Shown here: positions 26,701 through 39,378 of the stretch, piece after piece | How positions within the stretch are numbered: the stretch's first letter is position 1 | How the letters are laid out: each line of letters opens with the position of its first letter | Source: Dicyema japonicum | Lineage: Eukaryota > Animalia > Dicyemida | Assembly: GCA_011109175.1 (NCBI GenBank) | Contig: RDEW01000083.1 | Location: 1 to 64,000, forward strand | Direction: 5' to 3' | Length of the DNA: 64,000 nt | Program-made: the position numbers and the translations under genes | Notes under the pieces: model-generated | The model's database searches: none | What the model saw: the letters and a program-made list of their open reading frames with translations, nothing else | What the model was told of the DNA's origin: nothing

Positions 26701-29700
26701 CGAAAAATCTTGTCAATCATTACATTGGAAAGAATCAAAGACAAGGTGGAGTATTTTCTGTCACCAGGACAAAGTGGTTTCCGGTCAGGCAGATCCACTG
26801 CCGATGTCATTTGGACACACAGATGGTCAAGTGCTCTATGCCAAAAATACAAAAAGTGCATAGATGTTCTCGGAATAGACATGTCCAGAGCGTTTGACTC
26901 AGTTCATAGAGGCAAACTTCTTGAAGTACTCACAAGCTTCTTAACAACGGATGATGTCAAAATTATACAAAAACTACTGCAGAATACGCAACTAGCAACC
27001 AAACTCGGAAAAACTACTTCAGAATTCTTTTATACTTCACGTGGAATTCCGCAAGGAGACTCTTTGTCACCAGTTCTATTCATAATCTACCTGGAGGCTG
27101 CACTGAGAGATCTCAGGCCTTTAATTGAGAGCAACAAAATAATCGAGTTAATATATGCAGACGATCTTGACTTTGTTTCTGAAGATGTTGAAATTCTTCA
27201 TCACGTTCTCAAGAACTTACCAAATGCCTTTTCTAAATGGTTCTTAGTTGTCAACCAAGACAAAACTGAATATACAAAACTTGTACGAGTTGTACGCACT
27301 TACGATGAATCATGGAGAAGGCATAAAAAAGTTGGTTCACTACTTGGAGACTCAGAAGATGTTACCCACAGAAAAATCCTTTCCACTGCTGCATATAAAA
27401 AATTCTTAACTATCTGGCGTTCTAAGAAGAGCATAACTACGAATACAAAGCTAAAATTGTATAAAACATTCGTGGTTCCAGTCCTGACATACAACTGTGG
27501 GACATGGGGGATTACGAAACGGGAAATGGACAATCTGGATCAATTTCATAGAAATCAACTAAGAAACATCTTGAGAATACATTTCCCGAAAAAGATATCA
27601 AATTCAGAACTGTACAAAATATGTGGCTTAAGGTCATTATCAGAGGAGATTCTCAAGGCTAGGTGGAGACTTTTTGGTCACATCTTACGAATGGATATGT
27701 TGACTCCACCAAACATTGCAATGAAGAACTATTTCGCACAACTGAAGGGATCATTCCGTGGCAGGCCTAGAGTGACGTTGCCTTCAGTACTAAATGATGA
27801 CCTAATCCGAATAAACAAAACTCTACGAAATGGTACTACGAGCAATGGCCCGGAACAGAGGAACATGGAAGAGGATGTGTGGGAGGATACTGGACGTGGC
27901 ACAAGGGGAACTTAATTAATCTAATTAATTTTTGATTTCCCGGGAGTGCTTAAAAAAAGTAAGGTGGGTGGACGTTGAATAGAACTTTCTGAAGCCATGT
28001 TGAGAGGAACTGAAGGAAGGGACGGGGAAATGAGATCAAGTACCAGTTTTTCCAATAATTTTGAAAATGAACATAATAGAGAAATTGGTCGGTATGAAGC
28101 GGGATTGTTTTTGTCCTTGCCAGGTTTTGGTATTGGGCGTATGTGGGAAAGTTTCCAAATCGTAGGGATTAAATTCATGTTCAAAGAATAGTTGAAAATA
28201 AAAGAGATTACCCCAATAGTAACCGGTACAAGGTGTTTAAGAAGTATTGAAGGGATGCCATCTGGACCACAAGAGCGGAAGGGAATAATCATCTTCAAGC
28301 CTTCGAATACGTTTGAATGAGAAATAAAGGTGATCGGCGGGATTCTTTTAGGTCTCATCGAGAACAAAGAGGGTCCATCCATTTTCTTGAAGGTTTTGTG
28401 ACTTATACCGGTATAGTACTTCATTAGTTTATTTAAGCTGTGTTGGTCTGTCTTTTGTTTCGAGGTGGAGTTTTCTTTAGGGCCAAGTCTTTTTATTGCC
28501 TTCCAGACCATCTGGGCAGATTTCTGAAATGGGAGAGAGCAGATTCGCTTTTCCCACTTGTTTGCTTCAGCCTTTCTGATCCTTCTTGAAATTTCATCAT
28601 TGAGAGCCTTTGTCTGGGATTTCTGTCCCGGGAGGGGAGGTACGTGTCTTTTCAAGCGGTTTCTTTTTCTGATTAGTGATTTGGTATTCTGATCCAAAAT
28701 TTCGTTGTAGTATTTGAACCTTCCACGAGGGATGAATCTACTACGAGCATCAAGAATTTTTTGTTCAAATGGCGACGGCCTCATCAATAGAACGGAATAT
28801 GTTCAAGTCAAAGCAAAGTAGAGTCTGGTCAACATGTTTTGAGTAGCTGTCCCAATTTGCTTTTTTGTAGTTGAAGAAAGAAACAGTTGTTTTTGGATAA
28901 TAGAGAAATTTTTTGAATCGAATGATTATTGGATTATGATCGGAGGATAATCCGTAATGTACTGTCCATGAAATGTTGGGTCCAAAAATTGATGAACAGA
29001 AAGTGATGTCGGGGGATGAGATGAATCACCTTCCTTGAATGGAGTTCTCGTGTGCATAGTGGGGCTGTTGATGATTGTCATGGAGGAGAGTTGGTTTATT
29101 AAGGATTGTCCTCTTAAGTCAGTTGTTTGTGATTTCAACCAGGCAGGGTGCTTTGCATTAAAATCTCCACAAAGTATTAGGTTTTCTAGGTTGTTTAGTC
29201 TGGATAAGTCTACCAAGAATCCTTTCGGGCAAGAGGACGGAAAAGGGACATATATGTTAGCAATTTTGAGAGTATTCGATCCGTTTGATATTGAAATTCC
29301 GGAGATTTCCGTGGTCCCATCGTTAGTTAGCGACTTAAGTTCAGCGGATATGTCAGAATAACGAAGGTTCTTTCTGATGATGGTAAAAAGTCTTCCGTCG
29401 AGGCGGTTCGGACGATCTAGGCGGATGCAGTCGAAACCTGGAAAATGAGGAGTAGTCGTGGACTGAGTCAACTTGCTTCTTGAAGCAGGATCACGTCAAT
29501 GTTTTGGTTGTTTGTGAAGGATCGTAATTCGAGAATTTTGCTCTTTATTCCATTGATGTTAATCTGCAGAATTGAAAGTTGGGGACCTGGGTTGAGCTCG
29601 ATGTCGCCAGAGAGTAGTAGAAGGATCTCATTGAGAGTTGAAGGAAGCCGTCCGAAGGAACCAACTTCGGATGGAGGTGAGCAAATGGTCCTTTTCCTAG

Positions 29701-29790
29701 GTGCATTAGGTGCAACCTGAGCGCCTCCAGAAACGTTATGACTGGTAGACCACATGACGCCTCGTTTAATACGAATGTCGCTCATTTATA
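23797..29790 (-). mobile_element. Ingi/Vingi-like APE-RT LINE with N-terminal 2A peptide, interrupted by an RTE insertion
   Basis: LLLLSGDIELNPGP (29582-29623), APE (QININGI, LLQE, GDFNAKH), RT (YRPISLL, GVPQGSPLSP, YADD). RT reads QHGFRKFYSTSTHL|TSLTQF across the insertion. Confidence 0.9.
24986..27956 (+). mobile_element. Near full-length RTE-clade LINE
   Basis: APE (GDWNAK, NQIDYIL, SDHKIV), RT (QSGFR, GIPQGDSLSP, YADD), RWRLFGHILR, RGRPR. 13-bp TSD aagtaaggtgggt at 24973-24985 and 27957-27969. Confidence 0.93.
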
Positions 29791-29868
29791 ACTTAAATCC
29801 ATGTTGGAGGGTTTAATTCACTGATTAATAATAAAAATTAAATTATTAAAGGAATAAAGTTAAAAAAA

Positions 29869-30640
<772 letters not shown>

Positions 30641-30698
30641 CAAGTCTATTAAATTTAAATTAATTAATTACTTTAAAATTATAATTAATTTAAATTTA
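30641..30698. promoter_or_regulatory. Putative bidirectional promoter and both 5' UTRs (58 bp)
   Basis: The divergent ATGs of Rab14 (30640) and GFM2 (30699) are 58 bp apart. Nearly all A/T, with TAAATTTAA near each end. Confidence 0.6.
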
Positions 30699-32942
30699 AT
30701 GTACAATGTCGCCAGAGTAATAAAAAGATGTTCATCAAATATAAGGAATATCGGAGTAATAGCACATGTCGATGCTGGTAAAACTACACTCACTGAACAA
30801 ATGCTATTTCTCTCCAAAACAATATCAAACTCGGGTTATTCCTATATGTTTACTACCAGGGAGTGTTGATAGGGGGACCACTGTTACTGATTTTATGGGA
30901 GAGGAAAGACGTCGAGGCATTAGCATCAAATCATCTCTTGTGAGTTTCAAATGGTGTGGAGTAGACATTAATTTACTGGACACTCCTGGTATTAGCTTAA
31001 TACGACTTTAGGACATATCGACTTTAACTATGAGGTGGAATGTGCTGTTAGTGTAATGGATGCATGTGTTCTTATTATTGATGGTTGTAAGGGTAAGTGA
31101 CGTACTCACTCAAGGGATTCAACCACAGACGCTGAAAGTGTGGAGACAGGCCACCAAGTACAACCTACCACTGATTATATTCGCTAACAAAATGGACAGA
31201 TTATCAGCTAATTTTGACAGGCTGTATTCAATCTGTTAGAGACAAACTTGGGTAATATCTATCACGAATCAGATTACATCCGGTTGTCCTTTACTCTACA
31301 CGTGCTGACGGGACAGTACTGGACACATTCCGTAATAATGTATTTATTTTCATTTATTAAGGAATGTAAACATTATAAGGATAGTTTATTGAGTACTATT
31401 GCAGAGGAGGACCAACAATTTTGTGACTTATTACTCGCAGGAGAAATAATTGATGATGAGGAAACCAGAATTATATTGTCCAGTCATGTGAGAGGTGGGA
31501 AAATGTCAGTCATTATCGGAGGATCTGCTACTAAAGGGTTGGGAATATCACAGTTGATGGACTGTATTGTTGAAATGCTTCCATCCCCAACTCAAACCCG
31601 AAATTCCTTAATAAATAGACTTTATTACACTCATAGTGACCCCGACTTGGCACTCTATGTCTACAAGGTAGTAATTTTATTTTGAGGACAGGTGAGATTC
31701 TCTGATCATCATGGAGGGTTCATTGCCTTTGTTAGAGTGATTACTAATAGAATTGGTGGAATAACTGCTTCAGAATTAAAGAAAATGTTCAAAATGGACA
31801 AATTTACCTGTTGGAGGCGATTAGAAAAAGTGAGGATAAGTGCAGGGAGACTGTACAATGTGTTTGCTGATGAGATCTTCTCAGTGGATGATGACCTGTG
31901 TATTGGTTTTTGTGGGATTGTCAGTAATGACGGAATTGTGTGATTTTATATTATTGATAGATCAAAACTGGGGACATTTTTAGCACATTGAAAGAGCCTG
32001 TTAAAGATATCTTTGATTATTTACCAACACGCCCTCAACGTCCATACCACGTGAATATTGAGGCCCTTGATTCTGCCTCAGATAAGAAACTCGTGCAGAT
32101 TCTCAAAAAAGTAGAGGGAGAGGACTCATCCATTCGCGTGAATGTGGATGACTTCCTAACAATTTCAGTGGAATCTGTTGGACCTCTTCATCTGGATGTG
32201 ATCAGAAATTACATTAAGGATCATCACGGACTATCAACACAAATTGTCAAAACTAGAGTTTCATACAAGGAATCTCTAATTGAGACCAAACAATGGTGTT
32301 ATCCTGAACACTGGTCTGTTTCAAAGCTTTTGGGAGGAAGGGATCACTTTGTGAATATTGGAATAAGATTCAGGGATCAACTGATCCCAATTGTCTTTCT
32401 TTTTGTTCGGAACTGAATAGCTTATCTACAATCCAAAGACAAGCACTGAGGCATGGATTTGAGACAGCACTACAGTCTGGTTTGAGCTTTTTATATAAAG
32501 GTCCTCTCATTGGTGGAGTTGTGGAAGGATTGAAGGCGGAGGTCACATCATTTGAGACGTCAAAGAACTGTCTGACTAGTTTTATAGTCAATTCGATGTG
32601 TAATTATGTTAAAACAATTCTGGAGGGTGGAAAGATCGTAATTAGTGAGCCTCATCAAGAATATGAGGTTGTTTGTAGTTCGAACTTTAGATTATCTGTG
32701 GAAAGTCGGTTATGGATGTTGTATTGGTGGATTTGTCAAATAGGAGAGGAGAAGAAAGTTCGGTGGTGTATCTATCGGATAACAATGTCAGAGTGAGTTG
32801 TTCTGTTCCATTAATGGAGTCGATTGGTTATGCTGATCAATTGAGGAGTATAACATCAGGGTTGGTTGATTTAAGCTGTGTTGGATGCATTTATCGACCA
32901 CTCTCTCTTGACGACCAAACTAAAATAATCAATTCTTTATAA
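30699..32942 (+). CDS. GFM2: Mitochondrial elongation factor G2 / ribosome-releasing factor 2
   Basis: [62 protein letters not shown]. Introns e.g. 30835-30859, 30989-31011, 31093-31114. Two 1-nt frameshifts (~31219, ~32365). Confidence 0.88.
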
Positions 32943-33380
32943 ATTTTGTTATAATTGCCCTTTTGTAAAGTTGTAGTAATATTACCACTACTACACTTCC
33001 CACACACTTTATTTTAATGGCAAAGAACTGTTACGCTGATTAATTGTAGGAGGGCTACCAAGGGATTATAATATTCTTTATTTTTATTTTGGTTTTTTGA
33101 GAGTCCTAGTAACAACGCACTAACACTGTGAAGTATCATTGGATGACCTACTCGTCAAACCAATTTTGATGTCAAGCTTTCCTTTGCATATTCGTTTTTA
33201 TTTTTTAGGTCAAATTATACACAATAACAGAATGTACCTTGAGGAAACGGTTCTTTTTATTTCATCAATATTAAATATAGGTATTCATATAATGGAGATC
33301 AAATATTGGGTATCTTCTTACAATACATCACAGTCTCCTAAAATGGATGCTCCATAAATTATTTGTGGAGAACATTATTA

Positions 33381-33628
33381 TATTATTAGCACTTTCACGA
33401 GAGCCATAATATTTATAGCCCAGCATGTGCAGCAAAAAATATAAGAGAATTAGTTAGGTTGCTCCAAGCTCTTCTGTTCTTTGCTAGGTCCCTCAGTGAG
33501 TCCAGATCGTCACCAGATGCCAATGTTTTCTTCACGGCTTTCAGATCGTTTTGTAGAACGACCGGGAGGGTAGTTCTCGGTCTTCCACGAAAGCGTTTTA
33601 CATTGGAGGAGTAATCTTCCATTGCGAA
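33381..33628 (-). mobile_element. 5'-truncated RTE copy
   Basis: RGRPRTTLP...AAHAGL*. 13-bp TSD gagaacattatta at 33368-33380 and 33629-33641. Confidence 0.85.
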
Positions 33629-33732
33629 GAGAACATTATTAATGGAATATAATATTTTTTATCCAATATGTTGCGTTAAAAAAAACATATTTTATTGACA
33701 CAATTATTAATGTTAACATTTTTGACGATATT

Positions 33733-36599
33733 ATTATTATTATTATTATTACCCCCAGGATCACTGGGTCAAAGAGAAAGAAATAAAAGTTCTCATCTAA
33801 CTAAGTGATCCCAGACCGACAAAGGTGAGGACGAGTCCGGCGGGGTCGAGAATCCTGAACAGCTCTTCTCATAGGACATGGCATCGGCTCACAATTTCTG
33901 TATGATTGTAGATAATTCGATAGTATTTGGAATAGAGGGCAGCTCGGTAGAACAGCCTCCTTTAATAGTTTTCGTTGTATTTCAATTAAAAAATTTTCAA
34001 TAGGTTGGATGTTGTGATCTGGTCCAATTAACCTCATTGCAGTCTCCTCGATTGCAGATAACTTCAATGTGGAAGATCGTGACATTTGCATTGCCCATGA
34101 AGGACTTGCATACGTCATCGTTGGTCGGATAAATTGTTTGTAAATCGTGGCAAGGATCCCAGTTTGATCTCTAAATTTTGAGAGCACTTTTAAAATTCTT
34201 AATTTTTTCAGAGCAGAAGTTACTCTGTTTTCAACATGCCGGATAAAGGTGAGTCCCTGATCAAAGGTTACTCCCAGAATCTTCGGTGTTTTGTTAATAG
34301 AGATAGCTTCGTTCTTCATAAAGACTTTTGGTTCGATACAGAGCTGTCTCTTGTAGGTGGTAAACAGTGTGACAAAGGACTTTGCTGCTGATGTGTCAAG
34401 TCTCCGCTTCGAGAGCCATAGTTCCAAGTTGTCGAGCATTTGTTGAGCCAACTGAGTCGCTGATTGAATTTTCTGTCTTGGAGGCAAGAATGATATCGTC
34501 GGCATAGGAGAGGATTAGACAGTTTTCATTACAGGTTTGTGGCATGTCGTTTATGTAGAGATTGAAGAGTTGGGGTGATAGTGGGAGCCTTGAGGGACTC
34601 CATTTGGGAAATAGCGAGATCTTGATTTGATGTTGTTGCAGAGTACTTGTGCTCGTCTTCCATTTAGGAAGTTTCCAAGCCAAAGTTTCAGGTTCGGATG
34701 GATGTTGGTTTGATATTTTCTTTGTTAGAGTTTCCTAGGGACTGAGTCGAACGCTTTTGTGATGTCCACGGATATAAGTACTGTCCTCTGATGGGGTTTG
34801 GGGGAGTTAAATCCTTCCGCAATGAATTGTGTGAGGGTTGTAAGGTGTGTTGTCGTCGAATGGTTGTCCCGGAATCCGTGCTGGGTCGGAGGTATTGAGA
34901 TTGAGTCTTGTATTTTTTCCAAAACAAGCCTTTCAAGGATCCTTGAGACCGGACTTAGAATAGATATTGGGCGATAGGAAGATGGTTCATCTATTGGTTT
35001 GTTGGGTTTTCGGATAGGTCTGATTAGAGACTTCTTCCATATTTCAGGGATTGTATTTGTGTTAATGGATAGGTTGAATATAGGCTAATAGTTCCAGGGC
35101 TCGATGGCCTAGGTGCTTCAGTTCACATGTGGTTATGTTGTCTGGTCCTTTGGCCTCTGAGTTGTTGGCCTTAGATATGGCTCTGCGAACATCCTGACTA
35201 GTAAATAGGATCCAGTCATCGGAGCGTTTCGGTTCAATCTTTTTCAGGAATACTTGGTGTTCTTTTGAAAACTTCCTGTAGGATATAGATGTGTAATATT
35301 TTATCAGAGTGTCTGGTTTTATGTAGACTTCGACTTTTCTCTCTGGGGAGGTCTTTTGATGTTTTTGATCCACTTCCACACTCTTTGCATTGGGGGGTTT
35401 TTGTAGAGAGCTTTCGATAGTCTCGTCCATCTATTTGCATTTTCTGTCTTTATGTTGTTGTCGATCTCTCTGTTCAATTCTCGTATTTTCCTGATGTTCT
35501 CTTCTGTTGGCGATTTTACCATCTTTAGATTATTTCGTTCTCGATCAGATGTTTCGTCGTTGTGTTAAAACGTTTTGATGACGTTGGTTGTCTCCCCATA
35601 GGAATGTATCTTTTTCGCATCGTTTATAATGGAGTTGAACCATTTCACTAATTGTTCGACGGAGGGAAAAGTGGGGAAATTTAATAGTCCAATACAATTA
35701 TCGACGTATTCCTTGAATCCTTTCCAATTCGCAAGGCTGTAGTTAGTTATTGTTGGGCATTGTCCTTTTATCCGTGACCTTGTTTTGACCTCCAAAAATA
35801 TTGGGTTGTGGTCACTACTGGTGTCATACTTCACTGACCAGTCAATAAGTGGGGCCAAGGACGGTGATGACAATGAGATGTCGATAGAAGAAGGTTTATC
35901 ATTACGTCGAGTAGGTGTTCTTGTATGAGATGCAGGATCGTTGAGTATACATAGGCTGTGGAGGTCCTCAATTATCATCTTCCCTCTTTTGTCGTAGGTT
36001 TGTCCTGTCAGCCACAGTGGGTGCTTCGCATTGAAGTCACCACAGATAATCACATCCTTTAGTGACGCGAGAGGAGTGAGTCTGGGGCACTGGACGAGCA
36101 GGAACTCAGTGGTGGGAGATATGCGTTGACAATTGTTATTGATAGTCTTGGGAATCGTATTTTGGTAACCAAAAGTTCGAGATTTCCATATCCTTTAAGC
36201 ATAGTGTAAGCACTGTTGGTTTGTCCTCAAACGGAATGCCGTTGCGAATAACTGTGAGAAGACCCCCACCAAGTTTGCCAATTCTGTCACGGCGAATTAC
36301 TGTGAATCCCGGAAACACTGGTGTTGAATTCTTTGGAGAAAGTTTAGATTCTTGAATTAGCAACAGATCAATGTGATTTTCTTTCACAAATGTCCGAAGT
36401 TCGAGTATTTTGTTCTTGATTCCATTTATGTTCAGTTGGACTATTCTGGCTGGTCCAGGGTTTGCCTCAACGTCTCCGCAGCGGCGCAGGCCTTCCTTAT
36501 TGGTCCACCCGTGAAGATAGGGGAAAGTGTGGTTCTTTTTTTCAAATGCCACCACGTCGTCGGCGAGCCACATGACATTTTTTGAAAGGTTGTATCCTA
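33733..36599 (-). mobile_element. Full-length (~2.9 kb) Ingi/Vingi-like LINE with 2A peptide
   Basis: LRRCGDVEANPGP (36451-36489), APE, RT (YADD), (TAA)n tail. 12-bp TSD tttgacgatatt at 33721-33732 and 36600-36611. Confidence 0.92.
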
Positions 36600-37404
36600 T
36601 TTGACGATATTCATTTAAACTATTAAGTTATGGTAATCTTGGATAGGTGCATGTGCCGCTAAAGAATAATAGAATGTGCTCTCGTTTTCCGGAAAGACTT
36701 CAAAAAAGTCGGTTATCACATAACCGAAATATCTTTTTCAGAATTTAAATATCAATAAATTAAATCCACCTCTCCATGGATACGCTAAAAACTTGAAAGA
36801 TCTGGGAATAGCATCGAAGCGAATGATTCGTCAGAGAAATGGCTTTAAATTTTAGTTGTCGTTGAGCGAGGAAAATATCATTATTTATATGCTCTCCAAA
36901 ACTGAGTCAAATGTTATCCCCAAAAAAAATTAAACAGCATTCCTATAGGAGATAGCATTCGTAGGATAAAATTGGATAAGACTCATATTTTGATTCCTCT
37001 CTTCTATTATATCTTCTGAGGAAGTTTGAAAATTATCATTCGACCAAAGATCTTTCTCGTTAGGATTTTAATTTCACTAGCGTTTTCATTAAGAGACTTG
37101 GATCTATACCCATGAGTCACGTGCGTACTCTACCGCTGGCTTATGGAGCAGGAAATACAGGAAAAACGATGCTCAGGACAACTAAAATAACGCTTTTAAG
37201 AAATACAGTTTGTGAAGCCTTCTAGGCATAGAGTTTTAACATTTTAGAACAATAACAAGTAATTAATGGACTCTCAATAGAAGTCATGATGACTTAATTA
37301 TTTTATTTTGACAACTTCTGACTGCAAGTGCCTTTTACATTTCTTTACTAATAAAATTTTATATAAATTATTATTAATTATTTAATTATAAATTTAAATT
37401 ATTT

Positions 37405-38566
37405 ATGGCTTCTTTGTGATCCTGCATTTTTTTAAGTTAAAAATGACAAATCTAGGAACGACATTGACATTAAATGTTACTAATTTTATAGCCACGTTTG
37501 TGTTTTTTAGTGTTATTTTTCACTACTCAAGTACCAAAGCACCAGGAATATTATATTTATGCGCATATTGTGGATACTGGGGCATTCAGGTGAATAATAA
37601 ATCAAAATTTTAGTTAGCCTCAATAACAGTCGAAGTTTCCCTCCCAATTGACATTACTATCAAATTATGTGTGGCTGTAATTTGTGTCGTTGGATCCATT
37701 CTAATCGGTCTTCGTCTTCCAGTCGGGATTTCTGCCTTGATTATTATTGTATTAGGGATGACCGTCAGCATAGGTAACATTTATAATATATGTAGTCCAC
37801 GTGTTAATGTCTGAAATGGTTGATCCCCTTGGACTACGATTTTGTGACTTTATATCGCAATCAATGGCCATTTTGGTAATTTAATATTAATAATTAGACT
37901 TATTCATACTTGCATTACCATTCGATCCCATTTGTCATCTTCTCTCTTCTCGGTATTTGGTCACTGTTATGTATCTTCTTCATTGACAGTCCTCTTTGCA
38001 TACGATTCCATAGACTGCTTTATTTCTATAAAGTTAAGAATTTCTGTGACAATTCACGTGGGATGATCACTCTGTACCTTACAATGTCCGCTAGTCTCAA
38101 TTATTTTCTGATATACTTTTGGATTCCTTACTATCTACACTTTTTTATCCACCTATCCAGTATTGTCATTTTAATTCCTCCTCTGCTTGTGTCTCTGTTT
38201 ACTTCTTTTATATCTCTTCCTAATTTTGCCTTTCCAATGGCGGTTATCCTCAAGGTGGCTGTCCCTGGTCTCCTTCTCTCCTTTCTTCCATTAATATATG
38301 ACTTGTATCATCTGTCTGCGCTGATTTGTGTTATTCACGGACTGTCGTCGTTGGATATTCCTTCATTTTATTCACTTGTTAGTGATGATTTGAATATTCT
38401 GCATATTCTCTCAGCATTTGGTCCCATTATTGCTGGGTCAGCATTCCCATGGATTGTTGAACAACTGGATGGGAGATGGAGTCCCGCTTTTGTGCTCCCT
38501 ACTTTAATGTCTTTATCTGCCTCTGTTATAGCTTTGTTTTATTATAAAACTATTAATTTGTCGTAA
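37405..38566 (+). CDS. Multi-pass membrane protein, probably a divergent MFS transporter
   Basis: Open across three 22-24 nt GT-AG introns; many hydrophobic segments; C-terminal GPIIAG...W...F pattern. Start at 37405 or 37443. Confidence 0.6.
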
Positions 38567-38575
38567 TTTTTGTTA

Positions 38576-39255
38576 TAATAAGATTACTTTTTTACGTACA
38601 CAATGAAATATATGGTCCTTTGCTGTGGGTTTGATTCCCACACCGTTGCATAGTCGGTCTTAGGATCTCTTTTTGGTTTGTTTACTTTTCAAAAAGCTTT
38701 ATGGAATCCACTTGACTCCGGAGACGCCTAGTGCCTAGTTAAAACACTCTTGTCTTCTTCACAAGTATAGGGTTCCCACAATGGTGGGTATGGATGTAAG
38801 GGATGCTGCTTCTCAGTGTGAAATTATAGATTAGTTAACCTCTTCCAGTATGACTGTTAAATAAATTAAATGTATTATATGATCACTTATGGAATTGTCT
38901 GAAGGTTGATCACTGTCAAGTAATACTAAGATATGGGCTTGGTCTTCTGAATATAACATTTCGTCTTCTTTCCTATTGGACTAGGAAAGATCGGATGCAA
39001 TAATACAAGGATTCAATTCCTGTATTTGTTACATTGGAAGAACTTGATAAGTCTAGTTTAAGGACTTTCTCCCGCTAAATCTTGTTAAAGTTAATTGTTA
39101 CTTATTTTGACTGAGTAATTACAATCGGCTATAAGAGAATCCACTAATGTGATACCACGGGTTTGATTCTCAGTTTGCTACATGGTTAATGGCTTACATT
39201 CATGACATTATGTCCGCGGTCCACGGTTGCTTCATTCAGATAGAGTAACACTAAG
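38576..39255 (-). pseudogene. Decayed intron-containing gene of unknown product
   Basis: Several 20-26 nt GT..AG intron-like segments separate short coding stretches that contain stops. Confidence 0.35.
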
Positions 39256-39259
39256 TTAA

Positions 39260-39378
39260 TTATTTTTTGTTATTCTTATTATTTTTTGTTATTCTTATTA
39301 TTTATTCTTATTATTTTTGTTATTCTTATATTTTTTGTTTTCTTATTATTTTTTTTGTTATTATTATTTTTTGTTATT
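39260..39378. repeat. Low-complexity (TTATTATTTTTTGTTATTC)-like tandem repeat
   Basis: Direct inspection; may be the expanded tail of a minus-strand LINE fragment at 39380-39480. Confidence 0.7.

Noticed and set aside
26409-27533. Antisense ORFs within retroelements (also 24735-24929, 29035-29361, 54422-54691)
   Set aside because: Shadow ORFs of RT/APE coding strands with no independent motifs.
38624-38645. tRNA gene (gtgggtttgattcccac T-arm)
   Set aside because: No acceptor, D or anticodon arms.
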